Origin: Candidatus Eiseniibacteriota bacterium
GTDB lineage: Bacteria > Eisenbacteria > RBG-16-71-46 > CAVPCR01
Assembly: GCA_963823555.1 (NCBI GenBank)
Contig: CAWGMA010000003.1
Location: 768,001-832,000 of the forward strand
DNA: 64,000 nucleotides
Direction of reading: 5' to 3'
Shown: piece by piece, positions 57,866 through 64,000 of the stretch
How positions within the stretch are numbered: the first letter of the stretch is position 1
Layout of the letters: every line of letters starts with the position of its first letter
Notes under the pieces: model-generated
The model's database searches: none
Told to the model about the DNA's origin: nothing
Seen by the model: only the letters and a program-made list of their open reading frames with translations
Program-made: the position numbers and the translations under genes

Positions 57866-58860
57866 GGTGTCTCCTGGCGTGAGAGATGAGCGGTGATGGC
57901 GCGGTGGATGAGCGTGCTGTCGCCGAGGCGATGGCGGAGAAGCTTCTCCAGACCACCCAGGGGAACGAGGTTCTGTGGCGAGCGCGAGTCGCGCTCACGC
58001 GTCGATGCGCAGCGGACCAGAGCGGCGGCGGAGCGGTCGGCGATCGCTCGCGCAGCCTCGATCCCGACGTCACTCCCACATTCGAGCCGGGCGATGCCGG
58101 CCAGCTCGTGATCAGCGGGGCCGCCCAGGCCGAGCCGCAGGTACCAGGAGTAGCGCTGGTTCTTGTCGAGTATCGCAAATATCGGCGTGCGCTGGCCGGG
58201 GCGGAGCCGGGGCAGGAGCGCGAGGTCGTCGGGAGCGAGATACGAGCGATGGAGGCTCTTGACGAAGCCGATGAGCGGCGTGCCCGTGCGCGCAAGATAG
58301 GCGAGGGGCCCGTCGGCGACGATGAGGGCTCCCGGCGGCAGGGCAGCCCTTCCGTTGCCCGGGTCAGCGAGTGAGCGCGCCAGATCGTCCTCGGCCCGGC
58401 GCATCTCGGTCTGCAATCCCTGAAGGGGTGCGGTGGGATCGGTATCCGGCACCGCGATCGGAGCGTAGGCAAGGTGGCTCCCGTCTCCCGAGATCGGGAC
58501 CAGGAGCGGATCGCGCTCGGTGCCGTCTCCCAGCACGAGCACGCGGCGGGATACGAGCGCGATCATCTCGGGGATGCCGTGGCCCGCGCCGAGCGCACCG
58601 ACCGCGTAGCTTCCGAGGAGGCCGTAGACCGGACCCCGGCCATCACGCCTGCCGATGACGCGGGCATCGACCCGTCGCACCCCATCGATGAAGACCAGCG
58701 CCGACGGTTCGCCGGCACAGGCATCGGGGTCGGCAGCGGCCCAACGGGCTGACTCGACGCCGATATCGACCGGAGGCGCAGCCATCGCCTCGTCGATGGC
58801 GACGGCCGGACCCAGATCGCTGGCCCAGGGGTCGAGTTTGAGATCCACGGCCGTTGGCAT
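57862..58860 (-). CDS. nurA: NurA 5'-3' nuclease
   Basis: FIDG, ADGP, GFVKS, RYSWYLRL, RSPQNL.PL..LE..LRH; ATGA overlap with herA; start placed at ATG 58860. Confidence 0.83.
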   Translation of the reverse strand: MPTAVDLKLDPWASDLGPAVAIDEAMAAPPVDIGVESARWAAADPDACAGEPSALVFIDGVRRVDARVIGRRDGRGPVYGLLGSYAVGALGAGHGIPEMIALVSRRVLVLGDGTERDPLLVPISGDGSHLAYAPIAVPDTDPTAPLQGLQTEMRRAEDDLARSLADPGNGRAALPPGALIVADGPLAYLARTGTPLIGFVKSLHRSYLAPDDLALLPRLRPGQRTPIFAILDKNQRYSWYLRLGLGGPADHELAGIARLECGSDVGIEAARAIADRSAAALVRCASTRERDSRSPQNLVPLGGLEKLLRHRLGDSTLIHRAITAHLSRQETP

Positions 58861-58912
58861 GATGTTGGAGGCTAGCAGATGGCTTGAAACTGACCTAGGA
58901 TGAGGGCGATGG

Positions 58913-58926
58913 TATCCAAATGGATA
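58913..58926. promoter_or_regulatory. Palindromic candidate operator upstream of the nurA operon
   Basis: TATCCA-AA-TGGATA perfect inverted repeat ~55 bp upstream of the nurA start. Confidence 0.4.
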
Positions 58927-59186
58927 GTCGGTTGCCAAGCAGACTTTCAGTGGGTCCCGGCTCTCTGCCGGCCCGGCCCGGAACTAGGTCGAGTGCCCAT
59001 CGGAACGTCCTTCTCCTGATCCACGATCCACGCGGCGTGCCCGGAGGCTCGCTCGGCGGTACTTTTCTGGCGCGTCGAGGCAATGGGACCGGGCGACGCG
59101 GTGGTTCCGCGCTCTGGGCCGTCGAGTGGAAGGGACGCTGAGTCCGATCGACGAAGTCACGATTAGTCCACGCGTAGATTCGACCG

Positions 59187-60839
59187 ATGGACATCACGAA
59201 CGAGTCGACAGAACCGCCACGACGGCGGGTGGAAAGAGGCCCAGCCCTTTCGACCATCGCCGTGCTCGGTGCGCTACTTCTTTACGTCATCGGTCGCGTC
59301 GTGTCCTCATGGCGCTACTTTGACCGCCTCCTTGGCGACGATGGTTGGGTTTTTCGCGTGGCCCAGCGAGTTGCCGAAGGAGACCTCCTCTACCGTGACG
59401 TTGCGTGGAGCTACGGTCCGGTTCCCATCTATGCCCTGGCCGCACTCCTTCGTCTAGTGCCCACGGTCGTGTGGTTCCATCTCGTTGACATCCTGCTCTG
59501 CGTACTCGCGATCGCGGCGGTCCAGTGGTCGGGCCGGATTCTCGTTGGTCGGGGAGTTGCCCTCGCCGTGACGGCATGGGCCGCCGTGCTCGGAAGCTCG
59601 GGCGGACTGATCAGTCACCAGCTCGACGCCTACACGGTCCCCGTGGCCTGGGGTACGGCCGCCTCGTTGGCAACGGTCGCAGCCGCGTGCAGCTGGCTGC
59701 ACGCGGGTTCGCGGCGGGCGCTGATCGCCGCCTGTGTGCTCGCCATTCTCGCCGTGCTCTCCAAGCCTGAATATGGACTGGCTGCACTCTGTGTTCTCGC
59801 GACTTCGGTCTGGCTGCGTCGTCCATCGAGACGTTTCATCACGATCGCCTTCGGTCTTGCCGCTGCGTTCATTGTGGTCGTCCTGCTACGGGTGGAGCCG
59901 AGCACTATTGCTGCAGCATGGCGCGGATACACGGGGTACGACCTGATCGCCGTCGGGTCGGTTCCCGTCGTCGCGCGTGAGAGGATGCTCGGCTCCCTCC
60001 TGGTGTCGATTGTCGTGGTCCCGGTTCTCTGGTGGACCTCGAGGCTCCACTCTTTCGTACTGGTGGGCTCCGTCCTCCTTCTCTTTCTACTGATCATGTG
60101 GATCAAGGAGGGCGGCGGGTTCCTGCATGCGACGAGCATCGTCGCAGAAGTCTCCTGGCTTGGCTTCCTTCCGTTGCTTCTCTGGATCGGATGGACAGCT
60201 CGCGGAGCCCAGGTCTCTGCGGGGCTCTGGGTTCTCTGGATCTACTGCATCACCGTCAGCCTCCGTTGGTTCCTGCTCGGCTCGTTCACGCCCGCGGCAG
60301 CCGGCCCCATGGGCCTGCTCATGTGCATGCTCGTGAAGGAGCGCGTCCTGCCCGGACCCACGCCCGCGGGGTGGATCGCGCTCGCGACCTTCCTCTCGTT
60401 CTCGTCCGTGGAGTCCGAGCTGAGTTCCCTGCGAAGGCCGACGTTGCTCGAGGATGTGAAGACCACGCTTGGGACCGTTCGCTTGCCCGCGTCGATCTCC
60501 GGAGACATCGAGTCCATTCGAATCGACCTCGACGCCGCACCACCGGGAGGTCTCTTCGTAGCAGGGGGGGGGCCGGGTTGGTATCTCTTGAGCGATCGCC
60601 AGAACCCCACTCGGTTCGACGTCCTCTTTGCTGGCATCGGCACCACGGAACCCGAGGCCGCACAGATCCTCGATGATCTGCGGGTCAACCCTCCGGCCGT
60701 GGTGATCTTCGAGCGGGATTTCCACGCCACGCAAACCCTGTCACCCGAGAGGATCTGGAATGCCATCGGAGAGTCCGGAGCCGCCCGCGTCGGTTCCTCC
60801 GATGGACGCTGGACGTTTTGGCACGTCGATCGGCAGTGA
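59187..60839 (+). CDS. Polytopic membrane protein, GT-C-like glycosyltransferase
   Basis: DDG...A.RV..G..LYRD....YGP after the first TM, LSKPE motif, ~12 TM helices, periplasmic C-tail. Confidence 0.65.
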   Translation: MDITNESTEPPRRRVERGPALSTIAVLGALLLYVIGRVVSSWRYFDRLLGDDGWVFRVAQRVAEGDLLYRDVAWSYGPVPIYALAALLRLVPTVVWFHLVDILLCVLAIAAVQWSGRILVGRGVALAVTAWAAVLGSSGGLISHQLDAYTVPVAWGTAASLATVAAACSWLHAGSRRALIAACVLAILAVLSKPEYGLAALCVLATSVWLRRPSRRFITIAFGLAAAFIVVVLLRVEPSTIAAAWRGYTGYDLIAVGSVPVVARERMLGSLLVSIVVVPVLWWTSRLHSFVLVGSVLLLFLLIMWIKEGGGFLHATSIVAEVSWLGFLPLLLWIGWTARGAQVSAGLWVLWIYCITVSLRWFLLGSFTPAAAGPMGLLMCMLVKERVLPGPTPAGWIALATFLSFSSVESELSSLRRPTLLEDVKTTLGTVRLPASISGDIESIRIDLDAAPPGGLFVAGGGPGWYLLSDRQNPTRFDVLFAGIGTTEPEAAQILDDLRVNPPAVVIFERDFHATQTLSPERIWNAIGESGAARVGSSDGRWTFWHVDRQ

Positions 60840-61607
60840 TGCGAGCGCGACTTCGCACGCTCGAGATCGACGACTCCGGCCGGGCGAATCCATCTCTGCC
60901 ACGGATTCGGCCACCGAGGCGGGGCGCGCCGAGTGTCTGGTGGACCAGTGCGGCGGGGGCGTTCGGAGCCGTGGATGCGGCTCGGGATCCGGCACGCCGT
61001 CGATTGGGGCCAGCTCACCCCATGCCTCGACGAGCGCGCCACCGGCGTCGGCGCGAGAGGCCGGCCGGTGAAGGAGCCGCGAGGCGGGGGCGGCGTCCTA
61101 CGACGTGAAGCAGCACGGCGTTTCCGACGTCGACCTTGGTCCGTCTTTTCTTGGGGGGGACGCTCACCGCCGGCATCAGCGTGCCGAAGGACTGCGCGCT
61201 GGACGAGATGGAGCGGTCATCCCGATCATCTACGTCCGCGCCCGAGGGTGCTTCCACCACTCTCCGCCAGCGTCAACGCAGGCTACAGAAGTGACCACGG
61301 CGTTGGCGGTGAGCGGATGTGGCGTGGACCAGACCCCGTGAAATGTCCTTGTCGAGCTTCCGTCGCCGGATTCTCGAGGGGAGCTCGGCATGATCCGTGC
61401 TCCCTTCGTCTGATGTAGGACTCTTGCGCAGCGGACGCGAGTGGTAGTCCGTCTGGATGCCGTCGATGATGAAGACATGAGCCGATGCCTACCGCCTGAC
61501 GCGCTGTGAGCGAGTGGGGGCGCTTGCTCGAGGCGGGGGATGGTTGGCTGGGGCACGTGTTTTCTAGAGAGCGGACGCGACGATATCCTGCCGGCGGACC
61601 TCGCCAC

Positions 61608-61853
61608 GAACGCGTTTGCAGGGCGATGACGGAGGCCGGACGAGGGCGAGGTGACCCGGCTCCCCGTGGTGGAACGGCGCAGCGGGGCGATCAGAGGAGA
61701 GGATTCGGCGGATGGAGGAACGCGTTTGCAGGGGTGGCGTCCAGCCCGCGTAAGAGCGACCGCGTGTGCCTGGGCGGTTGCGGGTCGGGCCACGAACGCG
61801 TTTGCAGCGAGGGGGGGCGGGCATGCGCAGTTAGCATCGCGAACGCGCTTGCG
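61608..61853. repeat. Cluster of short direct repeats GAACGCGTTTGCA
   Basis: Exact copies at 61608, 61718 and 61794; degenerate copies at 61758 and 61841; palindromic core AACGCGTT. Confidence 0.7.
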
Positions 61854-62080
61854 CCAGGATATCTACTTCGACAACAACGTTGCTCTGCGAGCAAACCCTG
61901 GCCATGGCAATGTACCCCTGCGTGTCGGGAGATCCGGAGCACGAGAGTGCAATCCTGGTTCTCTTTCGAGGGGGCGCGCTCTCGGGCCGCGCGTCCCCCG
62001 CGGCCGGGCGGATACTGGGGGATTCCGCGGCGGTGCTGGCGACGTAGGAGAAATGCACCGAACACGGGCGGCGTACCACA

Positions 62081-62321
62081 TCACCGGACCAGGGTCAGGC
62101 GGCGGAGGATCGTGGTTCCCGCCTTGGGATCGAAGATCAGCGCGAGGGGAACCATCGCGGTGATGCAGCGGGGACAGCGCAGAGCGTCGATGTAACACCC
62201 GGAGCAGCAACTGCGCCCAGGGAAGTGACCGCTGGCGGGGGGGTGTCGGCTCCTCCGCGGGTGCGGTCGCTCTCTTCCCGGACTCGGGTTCGCTGGCCGG
62301 CTGACCGCCGGTGTCGGGCAT
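62081..62321 (-). pseudogene. Frameshifted C-terminal remnant of an IS91-like transposase
   Basis: WAQLLLRV in one frame continues after a shift near 62194 as IDALRCPRC..AM...ALIFDP....ILRRL, matching the WAxLLxRV-D-CPxC-M-IxDP-IL tail of IS91-like transposases. Confidence 0.7.
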
Positions 62322-62801
62322 GGCCCCCCAGCGCCCTCGCCGCCGGGTGCCCCGGCGCGAGCGGTCTCATCCAAGAACTGACCCACACGCTCGCGGCCTC
62401 GCAGCCCCAATCTCTCCATTCCGCCCAGGTCAGCAGCCAGTCACAACCGCGCTACAGGGTTTTCGGGACAGACAGACGGAGGACGAATGGTCTTGTTCTG
62501 AATCTCTGTTGCAGCGCGAGTCTGCACCGCATACAATACAGCTCATTCCTGAGACCATCCCCCGGTTCGCCGGGTGAAGTTGAGAGTTCCTTCCCTCAAC
62601 ACTGATAGGAGTCGAGTGAAGAGACTCTGGTTCCGATGCCGAGACTGTTGTCCACTTTTCCTGGGAATTCCGATCTCCCGGAAGAATCCGGCCGCCGCAT
62701 CTGCGACGAGGTCGCGAAACAACTCCCTACTCGTTCACGGAGTTCTCCGGAGAACCTGGGATGGTTCAAGTCGAATTGGCGAATACTGGAGGTAACCTGA
62801 G

Positions 62802-64000
62802 ATGGCTACGCGCGGACACGCATCTGTATTTCGAGTAACTTGGCTTGCGCTTGCCCTCGGGTGGGTCTTGCCCGCAGCCAGCATCGAGTTTAGTCAGCCA
62901 GAGTTATTCGAGGCCGACACGCTCGCCGTAATCCCGCCTGGTAGACTGCCGACAAGTCTAGCCATCCCCGGTCCAAATCACGTCGGGTACCCCAAGTCCC
63001 TCTACATAACGACGCGAGCCGGCACACCGAACACAGGATTGCTCCATGTGCTCGCAGACGGGTCCCTCTCCCAATTCGGAACTGCTACTCATGATGATCT
63101 CAGATTGACTTTCGGTGAGGGCGGGTTTGGGGATCTTCTATACGGCGCGGATGGGTCCTGGCCCCAGAGTCATACGGATGGCGTCTACAAGATTCTGCAG
63201 GATGGAACGCCGGTTCTGTTCAGCTCACTTGGTGGCGACAACCCCGATGTCACGGACATTCTTTTCGGCGCAGGAAGTTCCTTTGGCGACTTCCTCTATG
63301 TGGCCTCGTGGAATGCAGGGCCGGGGGGTTCCAGCTATGACTATGCCATATCAAGACTCGACACATCAGGTGCCTTTGCAGGGCAGCTCGTCTACAACGC
63401 GAGCGGACCCCTTTTCATGGCTAGGAGCACCGAGCCGTCGTTCGGCGATTTCATCTACTACTCCGTGTACTCGACTGGCATTTTCCGCGTCACCGCCGAT
63501 GGCACGAACTCGCTCTTCGCCACGATTCCGACGACCACAGGTGCTCCCCTGGCATTCAGTCTCGGAGGTGCCTTCGGGAACTACCTCTACACGGGCGGCT
63601 ACCCAGTGCCGGGGGCCATGTTCCGGGTGGCTCCGGACGGTACGGTGGCGGAATTCGCGACTGATGTGTATGTCTCAGATCTGACGTTCGACCCTTCCTC
63701 CACCGACTTGCTCGTCACGGACTCTCTCCGAGGTCTCGTTCTGCGCATCAAGCCAAGGGAACAAACAGGAGTGTCTGAAGCGTCCCTCGATGGTCCGCCC
63801 GCCGTTGATATTGTCCTATCGTCAGGCAATGTCGTAATGATCAGCGTGAACCTGAAAACCCCTGAGCATCTTCGAATTGGAATCTTCGATTCCAGCGGAC
63901 GTCGCATTGGGGCACTGCCTGATGAAGACGCATCAGTCGGCGACCACACGTATCGGTGGGAGTTCCCTACGGGAGGTCACATGGCTTCCGGAGTCTACTT
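62802..64000 (+). CDS. Secreted beta-propeller-like protein with C-terminal FlgD-Ig/T9SS-like domain, 3'-truncated
   Basis: Hand translation: GGAGGT RBS, MATRGHASVFRVTWLALALGWVLPAAS..., no stop before the window end; repeated FG(D/N)x(L/I)Y blades; IFDSSGRRI...W...ASGVY. Confidence 0.85.
   Translation, partial: MATRGHASVFRVTWLALALGWVLPAASIEFSQPELFEADTLAVIPPGRLPTSLAIPGPNHVGYPKSLYITTRAGTPNTGLLHVLADGSLSQFGTATHDDLRLTFGEGGFGDLLYGADGSWPQSHTDGVYKILQDGTPVLFSSLGGDNPDVTDILFGAGSSFGDFLYVASWNAGPGGSSYDYAISRLDTSGAFAGQLVYNASGPLFMARSTEPSFGDFIYYSVYSTGIFRVTADGTNSLFATIPTTTGAPLAFSLGGAFGNYLYTGGYPVPGAMFRVAPDGTVAEFATDVYVSDLTFDPSSTDLLVTDSLRGLVLRIKPREQTGVSEASLDGPPAVDIVLSSGNVVMISVNLKTPEHLRIGIFDSSGRRIGALPDEDASVGDHTYRWEFPTGGHMASGVY

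Noticed and set aside
60840..61500. Small ORFs or a decayed gene after the GT-C-like CDS
   Set aside because: The fragments are short, in several frames, with no RBS or recognisable motif; no call can be supported.
61608..61853. CRISPR array
   Set aside because: Repeats are only 13-19 bp, spacing is irregular (110, 40, 36, 47 bp) and no cas genes are in the window.

Overview
GC-rich bacterial chromosomal segment with about 50 CDS and one tRNA-Pro(TGG). Secreted proteins with FlgD-Ig/T9SS-like C-terminal domains and a short 'VExxTWGxxK' C-terminal tail suggest an FCB-related candidate phylum (Eisenbacteria, Krumholzibacteriota or Latescibacterota-like); this taxonomy is an inference. Left to right: a 5'-truncated HerA/FtsK-type ATPase; pyrimidine-nucleoside phosphorylase; LysM lytic transglycosylase; a metal-uptake operon headed by a CxxC + RGPP DUF2946-like leader; GT2; guanine deaminase; a nucleoside phosphorylase; several secreted proteins (lamin-tail, S8, M14); mtgA; TauE; mscL; MATE; M20; radical SAM/ParB-like/DUF1684; NlpC/P60; NRDE; a very long GreA; a PPIase with three HupE/UreJ genes; a 3-hydroxyacyl-CoA dehydrogenase/enoyl-CoA hydratase fusion; and the tRNA. 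A DNA double-strand-break repair neighbourhood follows: ku plus a BRCT-MerR-TPR gene, facing a complete nurA-herA-sbcD(mre11)-sbcC(rad50) operon. The last ~5 kb looks accessory: a GT-C-like membrane protein, short palindromic repeats, a frameshifted IS91-like transposase remnant, and a 3'-truncated beta-propeller gene that the ORF track missed. Best leads: the Ku + BRCT-MerR-TPR pair, the shared TWG C-terminal tail, and the candidate metal-sensing arrest peptide. All calls come from reading motifs by eye; no database searches were run.
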